A stretch of DNA of 64,000 nucleotides from Eledone cirrhosa. Taxonomy: Eukaryota. The stretch covers positions 33,170,001 through 33,234,000 of the forward strand of contig OZ024756.1 in the NCBI GenBank assembly GCA_964016885.1. Direction: 5' to 3'. The position numbers and the translations under genes were made by a program. Shown here piece after piece: positions 32,612 through 45,775 of the stretch. Positions within the stretch are counted from its first letter, which is position 1; every line of letters starts with the position of its first letter. The notes below the pieces were generated by a model. It did not search any database, was not told the origin of the DNA, and worked only from the letters and a program-made list of their open reading frames with translations.

Positions 32612-32708
<97 letters not shown>

Positions 32709-32757
32709 GTATATATGTATATATATATATAGACAGATATAAACGTATATATACATA

Positions 32758-32832
<75 letters not shown>

Positions 32833-32887
32833 GTATATATGTATATATATATATATACGTATATATGTATATATATATATATACGTA

Positions 32888-32919
<32 letters not shown>

Positions 32920-32923
32920 CGTA

Positions 32924-32955
<32 letters not shown>

Positions 32956-32959
32956 CGTA

Positions 32960-33022
<63 letters not shown>

Positions 33023-33085
33023 GTATATATGCATATATTTATATATATATATACGTATATATATGTATGTATATATGTATATATT

Positions 33086-33128
<43 letters not shown>

Positions 33129-33970
33129 GCCCTTGTACTGTTTTGGTCAAATCATGAATCGTTTGGAGGGCATAGTGGTTGGTCGTGTAATATAATCTAT
33201 ATTTTTATAATTCTCTATGCAAGAATTAAATTGAAATAATTAAAGAGAATTTAGAAGATACAATCGCAATTAATATCTAAAGCAAGTTTATCAGAGTTTT
33301 ATCATTTAGAAACACACAAAAGAAAACAAAATATTATGAAATTAAATTCTAATAAAAGTGTGGAAAATATTTTTAAAAAATTGTATATAACGACATTTTA
33401 TTAAACTTCCATTTATATTATTAAAAGTCTAAAAAAACTTTTAGACAATAACTCTTCTCTAAATAAATAGACATATATAAATAAATAAAGAAAGAAAGAG
33501 TGAAATAATGAATGAATGAATGAAAGAAAGGAAAAAACAAAGGAAGAAAGTAAGAAAGAAAAAAAGAAACTTTCTTTCGAGAAATACAACTACCGAATAA
33601 CAAAGCTACAGAGACTATAATTGACTTTATTCAAGGTTAATTTTCTGATTTTCTTATTCTTTATTATCTTTTTACTTCTTCAGGTTTTTATTTTTATGTA
33701 TTTCTTCATATTTTTTGCTTTCTTTTTTATTAATTTTCATTCGATACATGTCAGCATTATATTATGAAATATCGTTTTAGTAATTAAATTTTGCTAAATT
33801 GAAACCGAATTGATCCAATTAAATTGGCATAAATTGTATGATAAATGGAGTGGAATAAATAATTATTGATAACATTTCACAGAGTAACACTTCTTTGATT
33901 CATTGCAAATACTAGTTTCGTTGCTTAACAAAACGGAGAATATGTTTTATATTATATAAAGTAAACAAAA

Positions 33971-34170
33971 GGCCGGTGATTTGGCAGTGTTGTTATTGCG
34001 TCTGACATAAGTTTAACAGTATTTGTACTGACTATTCCCGTTCTGAGTTCAATTCTTGCTAATTTCTGTGTTCAATTTCAGCCTTCCGCAGCCAATGAAA
34101 TGTAGAACCATCCAGGATTAACTTAAACGGTATTCACCTCCCGCAAATTGCTGGCCTTGTGATTAATTTA
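33971..34170 (+). mobile_element. Old diverged SINE S1-related copy
   Basis: GGCCGGTGATTTGGCAG...CTGAGTTCAATTC...AATTGCTGGCCTTGTG. Confidence 0.6.
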
Positions 34171-34456
34171 TAAATGATAGTTTATGAAGAAAACGTCTCA
34201 ATAATAATACATATATATTACGTTACTTTTTTTTCTCCCTCTGGCTATATTCTTGGTTTATTTATGGCGGTGTAAAGACTCTATAGAAACGACTGTATTA
34301 GTTTTCATTTCTCCATTTGTCATATAGAACGTACACAAATTATTTAGTAACCTGGAAACATAATATGAGAGAGAAAATAAATGAACACGGGGGGGTAAAT
34401 ATTCGAATGTTTTTCTAAAGTGCGTTTTCTATCAAATACTCTGTGCATGTCAACCA

Positions 34457-34581
<125 letters not shown>

Positions 34582-34764
34582 GTAAACACACACACACACA
34601 CATGTATATATATATGTATGTGTGTGTGTGTATCTGTATGTGGGTTTCAGTATGCGCGTGTTTTCGTGCGTGTGCTTATGTTTGTACGTGTGTGTTTGTG
34701 TGTGTGTGGTTTATAGGAAACTATGATTTTATACAATACGATGACACGTATGTATATATGTGTT

Positions 34765-35047
34765 GTAGCAGCCCGAATCAGACGTAAAGAGGGGGGAGTA
34801 GTGTGAGGTAGTCTTAACATCCGTGACAGCAGCCTGCATGGGTCGTAAAGAGAAATGAGTAGTATGATTTAGTCATAACGACAGTGGTAGTAGCCAGCAT
34901 TAATAAATATTAGACGCTGTTTTCCGTAGTTTGTCATCACCCCTTCCTCAATCATCTTTTTTGTGTGATGTCATCACCCCTCTGTCCTTAGTCATCTCTA
35001 AAGTGTGACGGAAGGACGGACGGAAGTGGCTCAGATTTATATATAGA
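34765..35047 (-). mobile_element. Possible non-autonomous Helitron-like element
   Basis: Minus strand starts A|TCTATATATAAATCTGAG followed by CCGT repeats, as in DINE/Lep1-like elements; the 3' CTAG end is not clean. Confidence 0.4.
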
Positions 35048-35839
35048 TTCTTGTGTCTTTAACTTCATGATTTTTCTCACTGTATTCTTGCAAATATGTT
35101 TGTTATTTATTTTAAATTACATCTTTTATAATCATATACAAAAATGATAATTTTCAACAATAATCAATAATTGTTATGTGTTTGTTTAATCTATCTATCC
35201 TCATGAATATTTCATCTGCAAAAATATCTAAAAGCCCCGTTGTAACTAACTACACTCTTGTCATATTTTATTAGCTAAACTATAGAAATTGTCTATTCAT
35301 ATATAATATATTATTCTGACATACTGTATTGTCGTATATATAATATAATATTCAATGCTACTGTATCAATTAATAGAACGAAACATTAAAAATACGTTAG
35401 ATTTTACAAATCGTTCCGATAAATCAATTTGCTGTTTAATAAAATGTCGTTCTCGAGTAAAATATATTTATATTGATTTATAAAACTCTTGTTTAATTGG
35501 TGTATACAACAATTTCTCGCACTTTATTTTCTGTATGTGATTACGCCTTATTTTAAATTTTTACTAAGGAATATAATTAAAGTTTTAAATTTTCTCCTCG
35601 GTTAAATTTAAATAAATTATTTTTTGGAGTAATATGATTTAAATTTTATGTTACTCTCCTGCTAAAATTTTGATTTTATCTCGTATATATACAATCAAAA
35701 TATTAAAGTTGTTCTTCTTACTAGTGTTGTATACCTAAAGGCCAGTTACGATCGAAACCTTCTAAGCATCTCCATCATTTATCTGTTGTTTTCCCCCGAG
35801 ATATATTCTGTAAAGCACTAGTGAGCACTTGACGTAACT

Positions 35840-36536
35840 AATTGTTTCTAATGTTGGCACAAGGCCAGCAATTATACCAGTGCATTACTGGTACTTTATT
35901 TTATCGACCTCTTAAAGATGAATGGCAAAGTTAACCTCGGCAGGATTTGAACTCAGATCATTGACGTAAATAATTGTTTCTACTTTTCGCAGAAGGCCAG
36001 CAATCAAACCAGTGCATTACTGGTACTTTATGTTGTCGACCCCTGGATTAGAACTCAAACCATAAAGGGACGTAACTTTATGCTGGAAAGCATGGCGTCC
36101 GAGCATCTACTGATACTGCCAATCCACCGCACATTGACGTAATAATTGTTTCTACTATTGGCACAAGGCCAGCAATTATCCCAGTGCATCACGGGTACTT
36201 TATTTCATCGACCCCTTAAGGATGAAAGTCAACGTTAACCTCGGCGGGATTTGAACTCAGAATGGCAAGGACCGTAACTCTATGCTTCAAAGCATGGCGT
36301 CCGACCCTCTACCAATACTGCCAATCCACCGCCCTATTTACAGGCGTAAATAATTGTTTCTACTTTAGGCACAAGGCCAGCAATACACAGTGCATCACTG
36401 GTACATTATTTATCGACCCCGTAAGGATGAAAGGCAAAGTCAACCACGGCGGAATTTGAACTCAGAACGTAAAGGGACGTAACTATGCTGGAAAGCATGG
36501 CGTCCGACCCTCTACCGATACTACCAATCCACCGCC
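35840..36536 (-). mobile_element. Array of four SINE S1 copies (35840-35958, 35972-36130, 36144-36334, 36352-36536)
   Basis: Each begins AATTGTTTCTA on the plus strand; copies are separated by recurring CATTGACGTAA-like spacers. Confidence 0.9.
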
Positions 36537-36890
36537 AGTTATACTGCCAATAAATAATGACAGCAAAAGCGTAGCTAATTTTTTGAATCCATGATTGGTA
36601 TATCATATATACAAGCATTGCTGTATTTAATGGCAATCACAGAGGCTGGTACTAAATTGGTACATAGGAGAAACCTTAAAATGTATGTTGATTACTGGCG
36701 TGGAAGTAATTAAATATAACAATAGGAATTAATTATTATATGTCTAGTACATTTGGACAGATGACATAGAAGATTAAATATAGGAGTAACTTTGGAAAAA
36801 TAGCTATTTACAGAGGCGAATGTAAGATTAAAATGGATGGATTTGTGATCAGAAATTGATATTCTTGTTGTACTTAATGATTGAGATATG

Positions 36891-36966
<76 letters not shown>

Positions 36967-36998
36967 CGAAATATATATACATATATATATATATATAC

Positions 36999-37098
<100 letters not shown>

Positions 37099-37214
37099 TT
37101 CGTTTCTGAATTTGTTTAGCAAGATTCTTTATCTGAAAACGGGTGTTGAAACCGATATGTTTATGCTTTGGGAGGGTCATGTTGCCAATAAGAAACACAC
37201 GTACCAGTTGCTTT

Positions 37215-37373
37215 CATAAGGGTAAATTAGAGAACATAGAAATAAAAATAGAATCTGCACACAGAAAAGACGCAATGTTTAGACAAATCACAGAGGCAAT
37301 AAACATAAATGAACTCCAACCAAAATTAAATAGAAAATATGAATGGAATAGCAACATCACAACTTACAATTAA
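37215..37373 (+). pseudogene. PLE GIY-YIG endonuclease C-terminal fragment
   Basis: [46 protein letters not shown] contains the R.I.EAI.I....P.LN motif typical of PLE endonucleases. Confidence 0.75.
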
Positions 37374-37560
37374 GAACAAAATGAAAACACACACACATGT
37401 AGAACAAACAACCAACCAGTAACATGTAAATAAGCAAATATAAACACACACAGACACCCGGATGTAACACATGCGCAAACTAAGCACGCAACACACACAA
37501 AAACAAGATGGCGTAGGACAGAACAAAGGAGAGGCACAAAAACAAAGAAAAGAATCCCCA

Positions 37561-37603
37561 GTCACTGAAGCGGTCACAGAATGTGTGACGAAAGAACTTT
37601 GAC
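37561..37603 (+). ncRNA. Minimal hammerhead motif (A9>C) in the PLE 3' region
   Basis: GTCA-CTGAAGC-G-GTCACA-gaatg-TGTGAC-GAAA-GAAC-TT-TGAC. Confidence 0.6.
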
Positions 37604-37755
37604 AATATATGAACAATCGTCTGGTTGTGGAACCAACCAACCAACCTGAAATTTATAAATTCCTAAATTTATCAATTTAATTTATAATAAATTGAGGTGA
37701 AAGCAACTGGTGCATGTGTTTCTTATTTGCAACATGACCCTCCCAAAGCTTAACA

Positions 37756-37791
<36 letters not shown>

Positions 37792-37797
<6 letters not shown>

Positions 37798-37931
37798 AAA
37801 GAGTGAAGAATAGCATGGTCAACAGTACAAAAAAGGGTTTTATTTACAATCTGTAAATAAAATTATTTACAGACTGTAAATAAAACCCTTTTTTGTACTG
37901 TGTACCATGTTATTCTTGACTCTTTCAATAT
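37792..37931. repeat. 140-bp palindrome next to (TA)n
   Basis: ATATTGAAAGAGT...TGTAAATAA aa TTATTTACA...ACTCTTTCAATAT. Confidence 0.9.
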
Positions 37932-38104
37932 TATTACTCCGAGTTAAACTTACATAGGAATACAAGAGAACTCATTACCTCGCCACCTACGTAAACCTCT
38001 TATTCAGTCGAACAACGCCGTACGCTACAACTATCCATAATACGAAGTATTCACAACCTCTAACTGGATTACCTATAACGATATCTTGTTATCCCTTATA
38101 TATA

Positions 38105-38214
<110 letters not shown>

Positions 38215-38223
38215 CATACATAC

Positions 38224-38295
38224 ATAATGTGACATGTAATAAGTGCAATGACATAGACCATGCAATGAGGAAAGCAGTGGTGGACTAAATATTCC
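38224..38295 (-). CDS. Candidate 72-nt exon ([24 protein letters not shown] in phase 0; phase 2 is also open)
   Basis: Acceptor TTCTTTCCACGTAG|, donor TAT|GTATGT. Confidence 0.5.
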
Positions 38296-38437
38296 CTACG
38301 TGGAAAGAATTGTGGCAAATAGAGCATCCGGCGTGACATAAGACTAAGAGCTGACTATAGTATGTTCCTTAACAAGTAATTACACAATACCACCTTAAAT
38401 ACTGAATGAGAAATTTAGCTGGCGTTGTATTACTTAC

Positions 38438-38482
38438 ACATACGGAAAGATTTGGGCTGAAATGCCTTTGGTCAAATATTTG
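38438..38482 (-). CDS. Candidate 45-nt exon (QIFDQRHFSPNLSVC in phase 0; phase 2 is also open)
   Basis: Acceptor TTTTGTTCATTATTACAG|, donor TGT|GTAAGT. Confidence 0.55.
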
Positions 38483-39208
38483 CTGTAATAATGAACAAAA
38501 TAATAAAAAACTTTGCAATGTTCTTTCATTTTTAAAATAAAATTTAGTAAGAAAAAATAAGAAAAAAAAGGACAAACAAAAGGAAAAAAAGAATAGGGAA
38601 ATTTTTGTCGTGCAAGTAACATTTGGAATAATGGCTATAATATCATCTCTTTAGAAATACAATAAAATTTAAGATAAGTACAGTCCTGGAACATTTTTAT
38701 TATTCATATTAATAGCCAACAGCATTTTTGATAATATTACATTAAGAATTTAGTTTAGTTGTAAATTTGTTTAAAGGGAACGATTGAGTATGTTCGATGT
38801 TTCTTTTGTCGATTTTGATCTGCTTGAAATAAATATCTGATGAATAATAAAGGATAAGAGTGTATCTAAATAATCCTTTGACAAGCTAAAATATCTTCCA
38901 TTTATCAGCTGAACCTTCGTAGAAGGAGGGATAAGTTAAATAAATTTGGCCTTGATACAATATCCGATTATCACATATTAAGATAGATATTATATCGTAT
39001 CTTCAGATCAGGGTTCACCAAGGTTCAACTAGAACATCACAAACAAGAGCTGTATTAGGGGGTAGATATTAAATGGACGTATTCTCTAAAGTATACATTG
39101 GCTGATTAGCCTAATTAGCCGGAAATGAATGACAACATTAGAATATGCTTTTTTGCGCTAACATAGCGGATACGTAAAATGTATTCGTGAGGTATATCGA
39201 GTAATAAT

Positions 39209-39425
39209 TGTTTCTACTTTAGGCACACGGCCAGCAATTTGAAGAGGGGGAAAACTCGATCAAATCGACCCCAGTGAATTACTGGTGCTTTATTTTATCG
39301 ACCCCGTAAGGATGAAAGGCAAAGCTAAACTCGGCGGGATTTGAGCACAGAATGTGAAAGCCCGTAACTCTATGCTACGAAGCATGTTGTCGACGCTCTA
39401 CCGATACTGCCAATCCACTGCCCTT
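39209..39425 (-). mobile_element. SINE S1 long variant with 14-bp TSD TATCGAGTAATAAT
   Basis: TSD at 39195-39208 and 39426-39439; retains the extra GGGGTCGATTTGATCGAG...CTTCAAA segment. Confidence 0.9.
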
Positions 39426-39569
39426 TATCGAGTAATAATATTTGATTCGTTTGCAATCAAACAGAATCATTCTAATTTTGACTTACTCTACCCAAATGAG
39501 AAGCAAAATAAAATAATAATAATTGCTGGCATTCTGCCTATATTAGAAATCATCATTATATTACTAAAA

Positions 39570-39759
39570 GGTCGGTGGAATGACAGCATCGGTAGACGGG
39601 CGGCCGCTATGCTTTGCAGCACAGCGTTACGGCCCTTTAGTTCTGAGTTCGAATCCCACTGAGATTAACTTTGCCTTTCATCCTTAAGGGATCGATAAAA
39701 TAAAGTACCAATAATACAGTGAGATAATTGCTGGCCTTGTGCCAAAAGTAGAAACAATT
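39570..39759 (+). mobile_element. SINE S1 with 15-bp TSD ATTATATTACTAAAA
   Basis: TSD at 39555-39569 and 39760-39774. Confidence 0.9.
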
Positions 39760-39797
39760 ATTATATTACTAAAACCAATATCATTATTATTATATAT

Positions 39798-39834
39798 ACT
39801 TAATATTTTTTCTGTTTCTCTGTTTCAGGTAAGT
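39798..39834 (+). promoter_or_regulatory. Candidate recursive splice site (AG|GT at 39828/39829)
   Basis: ACTTAAT branch-like motif, pyrimidine tract TTTTTTCTGTTTCTCTGTTTCAG, then GTAAGT immediately. Confidence 0.55.
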
Positions 39835-40036
39835 GTCCAGCTATTCTTTGGATCTAATATATCACCTACAAAATTTGGCTGCATAACATGAAGACTCGGA
39901 TACATCACCTCGTATATATACGTATTTATATAGTCATTTTTTTTATGTCACACAATTCTAAAACCACATGTGTGCTGTTGTTGTTGTTGTTGTTGTTGTG
40001 GTTGTGTGTTTAGAAAGAGAGATATGTGTACGAGTT

Positions 40037-40145
<109 letters not shown>

Positions 40146-40532
40146 GTGCGTGTGTGTGTTATACACAAAAATATGTATATATGAGTGTGTATATATATTT
40201 ATCTCTCGCACACACACACTCTCTCTCTCCATACATATATATGAATATATATAATTCTGTGTATGTATGGTTTCTTATAGAAATAATCAAATCAAAAATA
40301 ATATATAAAACATATATGCGCTAATCAGAATACCCCCAAAAATATAAAGAAGAAAAAAATTAGACTTAAAAAACAATGTTATCGTTAGATATTTATGTAT
40401 TATTAATTTATATAGCTTAAGTATATTCCTATGAGACAAATTTCAATACGAAGGTGACATTGATAAATGTAAATATATTTTTCTACCGATTAAACGCTGT
40501 CCATCATAAGCACACTCGTTATTCGGTGATGA

Positions 40533-40660
<128 letters not shown>

Positions 40661-40706
40661 GGTAAAGAGAAATAGAAGACAAAATACAATTATACGTATA
40701 TGTATT

Positions 40707-40763
<57 letters not shown>

Positions 40764-42224
40764 ATATAGTGTATATTATATATTATATATATATGTGGTG
40801 GGGGTTTCTATATATATAGATATGTGTGTATGTATATAATTGTGAGTTGATGGCTTCTGAAATGTTTTTGTTATTTTACGGTAGCTGAGTAATAACAATG
40901 AGTTTTCTGTCATATCTAACGTGTTTATTTTCTTGTCTCATAGAACTGCCATTTTTCTATATTTTATAGAATCTCTCTGATATAATGATTTAAATATATT
41001 ATTTCATATCAGAAATGTTGTTCCAGTCATAGGTATATATAGACGAGAATATTGTCTATTGATAAAACGATTAGTGAACTTTTGTGGAAGACCAACAGTG
41101 GCCCATGCATGAACGTCTTCCTTCACCAAGACAGCGATACATGTCGAAAAGGAAGTAACGAAATAATAGGACATGCTAGCAGTGACATTGCAACTAAGTC
41201 TTCTCGTCTGAATGGACTGGAACAATGCGAAATAAAGCGTTTCTGCTTTTTCCGGAATCGAATTCAATCTCATGACCTTGCGATCACACGAGCCTAACTC
41301 CTGATACACGTGTTTTCACGTATATGGACCATGTACATATATTAACTTATTTTTGACAAAGATTTCATTTCCATTCATTAAGGAACGAAACTGATCATCA
41401 TATCCGATTAAGGTATACATATTTCCAGGGTTCTTCTATTTGCTAAAGACATGATGTTATACCCACATTCCTCCACTGGAATGCTACTTCATTTATCGGC
41501 CTTAAAATGATGAAAAGTTGAGTTAAACTCGACAAGATTTGAGCTCAGTGCGCAGTGATGTCGAATTAATCCCGACGCCTATAATCCGACACTCTCATAA
41601 CACTTCCAATTCATTGCCACCATCAATAATTCTATATACTTCGTCAGAGTGGTTTCAAATTACATTTGAACACTGTAAACGAATTATTGTAACGCAGCAG
41701 TAGGTAAGACAAATACATCAATGCTCGAGGCGAGTTGACTTGGGATTCTGATTACTGGAGAAGATAGACATATTTTGATCTTTAGGAAGTTTACTTGACT
41801 TGAGAATAAGCAGGATTAGTCTTGTTGGTATGGTCAGTTAAGAGCATCTGTGTAGTCATTAGATGTCGTAGCAATTACAACCAAATCACACTAAATGTTC
41901 TCTCTTCTATCTTAAGAAAACATATTGAATTAATTATTATGTATAATGTGGGATTTTAGAAAGATGAGATATACAGATACGAGTTAGACACGTGTTTATG
42001 TCACGACTACAGAAGTGCTATTCATTTATATTTCAAGTACTAGATATAGTAACAGAATCACAATAAGATTTCCGCCTACAATCACGTGAAAACAGATTGT
42101 CTGAAGTGTTTGATATACCTGTATAAAATATATCGTACTAAATATAAGATATATGGTCGTGCCTGGCAAGCCATACATGGTAGTCCAGCTTGAAAAGAAA
42201 TATAGGTTTAGGGGTCAAATACTT

Positions 42225-42307
42225 TGACGGCTGAGCTCCGATCTAGCGGTCGAAACGGCCGGAGATCAGCCGTCGGGGTCTTGACCCTTTTTCTATTACC
42301 CACTCTA

Positions 42308-42314
<7 letters not shown>
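42225..42314 (+). mobile_element. Repeat family B copy
   Basis: GTCGAAACGGCCGGAGATCAGCCGTCGGGGTC...ATTACCCACTCTACTACCC, then (TA)n. Confidence 0.7.
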
Positions 42315-42356
<42 letters not shown>

Positions 42357-42361
<5 letters not shown>

Positions 42362-42456
42362 AACAAGGTTTAGTAAATAATGAAAAAGTTTCAAAATAAA
42401 TTTTAAAAAATTGACTTTATGAAACTTTTTCATTATTTACTAAACCTTGTTTATAT
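42357..42456. repeat. 100-bp inverted repeat next to (TA)n, centre bounded by GTTTC...GAAAC
   Basis: ATATAAACAAGGTTTAGTAAATAATGAAAAAGTTTC and its reverse complement. Confidence 0.85.
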
Positions 42457-42556
42457 TTGTTCTGGCTCGTTAATTTATTAACCCGCCATTGAACCACATT
42501 GGCACTTGGTTGGACAATACATGCGTACCTTGGCGCCTTGTGCGTGAAGGGACGTA

Positions 42557-42600
<44 letters not shown>

Positions 42601-42603
<3 letters not shown>

Positions 42604-42833
42604 CAAAGAGTTATTTAATTTGTTGGTTGTTCAACAAATTTATTTATAACCGATTCGAAGCACTCTACAGGTTTCTTTTGGAGTATTATAATATCAATGA
42701 TATTAATAAATGGAAACTATCTTTATAATACCATATTTATTTTATTATATATATTTCAAGGGTACCGACGTTTTAGGTACGCACTCATCAGATAAAATGC
42801 AAAAGTTGTTTTATAGATAGTGACATATCCAAA

Positions 42834-42840
<7 letters not shown>
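42601..42840 (-). mobile_element. PLE-like family A copy between (TA)n tracts
   Basis: Homologous to 24615-24968 and 49295-49480. Confidence 0.75.
42739..42798 (-). ncRNA. Minimal type I hammerhead ribozyme with an intact core
   Basis: ATTTTAT-CTGATGA-GTGCGTACC-taaaacgtc-GGTACCCTT-GAAA-TATATA-TA-ATAAAAT. Confidence 0.75.
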
Positions 42841-42893
<53 letters not shown>

Positions 42894-43403
42894 TAATATA
42901 ACAGATTAAAGTTTAAGCAAAGAATCGCTGCTTTCACCCTTATATATATATATATATATTTATACATACAGAATATTACATTAACTTTAAAATAAATAGT
43001 TTTCACTTTCTATTTTCCTATTTTACGTGTTATACACTTCAAAGGTTTTCTGTCTGTATTCTCTGTTTCTCATTTCTTACTTGTCATTTATCAAAGTTAA
43101 AGGTTGTTGGCGATATCTTATATCTAATCTGCGTCACCGTATTTTAAATTTACAACTTCCCGTCTACTATAAGACCTTGATCTTTCTTTGCACATTACTT
43201 ATTATCTAAGACGACCTAACTTCATTTTTATGGTAACGCTTGTGTGTATACCAGAGAGAGATTGTATATAGGCATATGTGCGGGCGAGTGTGTACGTGTG
43301 TGTATGTGTGTCTTTTAAAGTAGGTTATCGCAACGAGTCACATAAAATCAGAAATTAGTTTCTTCAAATCCTGAAAAAGTTATCTTCCTTCCATAACACC
43401 TCT

Positions 43404-43454
<51 letters not shown>

Positions 43455-44249
43455 TGTATATATATATACACACACACACACATCCACACATACACAAACA
43501 AACACACACACATATATAAATATATATATATATATACATGGGGCGATGGAAGCATTTCTGAATTAGGAGGCGGGGCAAATTTGGTCAATTTCGTTGTAGT
43601 GATAAGTTTAGCTCTTTGCACTCTAAAATAAATGGTCGGAAAACTTCGATATGCAATAAATATAACTGGTACATAAATCATAGAGCATATTAAAATATAT
43701 GTGTGCTTTGGTAGTTTGGGAAGAAAAATATAATTTGGGGGATATATATATATATGATATGATATTTATATGATATAAAGCTTGAGTAAGTTGATTCTTG
43801 TTCGTGTTCGAATATATACCTACACTAGATCAAAGAACCGTCTTTCAAGGGTACTTTTGAATCACCTTTTAAGTAAATTAATAGTGTCATACTTTCCATG
43901 TGTATATAACTCTCCAGTTTTTCATTAAAACGCATTTAATCTGGCAGAAATCTAACAGACTTTTTGTTCTCGATTGTACTTGTCTTGGATCACTCGTATG
44001 TAGTTAGTAACCTACAAAGTGAGAGAGAGAGGGACAGAGAGAGAGGGGGTCAGAGAGTGAGAGAGATAGAGAGAGGGACCGAGAGAGAGAGAGAGAGTAG
44101 GGAATTGAGAGAAGGTCAGATGATAATTGTTGTGATTCTTCATTGAAGTATCATTTAATGATAATGCCGACTGAGTTATAACTGCAAAATCAATGTCTTG
44201 TTATTTGATATTTATACAAGCGCTACAATTTCCTGAAGAACACGAAGAC

Positions 44250-44297
44250 CAGCAATGACAGTTTGGCTTGTTTCAATCAGCCTCTTCAGTTACGCTG
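44250..44297 (-). ncRNA. Degenerate hammerhead-like motif
   Basis: CAGCGTAA-CTGAAGA-GGCT..AGCC-(G missing)AAAC-T-GTC-ATTGCTG. Confidence 0.35.
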
Positions 44298-44326
44298 ATC
44301 CTTGAATAATTCTAAGTGGGAATCTC

Positions 44327-44327
<1 letters not shown>

Positions 44328-44375
<48 letters not shown>

Positions 44376-44438
44376 GTAGTAGTAGTACTAGATGCTGTTG
44401 TGGTGGTGGTGGTGGATGTGATAATGGTAGTGGTAGTG

Positions 44439-44484
<46 letters not shown>

Positions 44485-44531
44485 ATGTTGTTGTGGTGGT
44501 GGTGGACGTGGTAGTGGTAGTAGTAGTAGTG

Positions 44532-44592
<61 letters not shown>

Positions 44593-44610
44593 CAGTAGTA
44601 GTAGTAGTGA
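44328..44610. repeat. (GTA)n/(GTG)n microsatellite
   Basis: Direct reading. Confidence 0.95.
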
Positions 44611-44692
44611 TACTGATAATTGTTTCTATTATGGGCACAATGCCAGCAATTTGGGGGAGGCCGATACTGCCAAGCCATTGCACGAATAATAT

Positions 44693-45085
<393 letters not shown>

Positions 45086-45255
45086 TGGAATATATATGAC
45101 TATAGCATCATAATTATAATTGTATATTAATATATATTCCATTTATTACTATTATTATTAATACTCCAGATAAATCTTAACTGTCGAGTGCTTCGTATCT
45201 GATATGAACTTAACTGTGTTGGTTACATATCAACAAAACTATCTCATTGTATATA

Positions 45256-45307
<52 letters not shown>

Positions 45308-45393
45308 GAGATAGTCTTTTTTTGATATGTAACCTACACATATATTATGAAATACTGCTGGCTTCACGCTCACAATAATTTCTATATTTTAAT

Positions 45394-45437
<44 letters not shown>

Positions 45438-45444
45438 ATGTATG

Positions 45445-45475
<31 letters not shown>

Positions 45476-45725
45476 AGTTACAGACTTTGTTGTTATGTAA
45501 CCAATATATATATATATACATATATATGAATGTATGTATATATATATAGATAAATAGATAAATAGATAAATAAATCACATTGTTAAATAATACATAAATC
45601 AACTAATACCTTAACACTTCACACAAATTTCGTTTTAATCATTTTCTAACACAAAAAAAGAGAGAGAGAGACAAAAAAAGGAGAAAAAAAAACTGTTCTT
45701 CCTCATAATCGTCTCTTTCTCCCTG

Positions 45726-45775
<50 letters not shown>

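Larger units (their letters stand above)
37155..37759 (+). mobile_element. Penelope-like element, 5'-truncated, with an inverted terminal copy (37155-37216 / 37698-37759)
   Basis: Internal GIY-YIG C-terminus, downstream HHR-like motif, about 62-bp inverted repeat, (TA)n flanks. Confidence 0.8.

Noticed and set aside
35826-36536. CRISPR-like repeat-spacer appearance
   Set aside because: The spacers are SINE copies, the context is eukaryotic and there are no cas genes
41004-41309. Overlapping 101-aa and 81-aa ORFs
   Set aside because: The region overlaps a decayed SINE S2 copy and has no consistent splice signals
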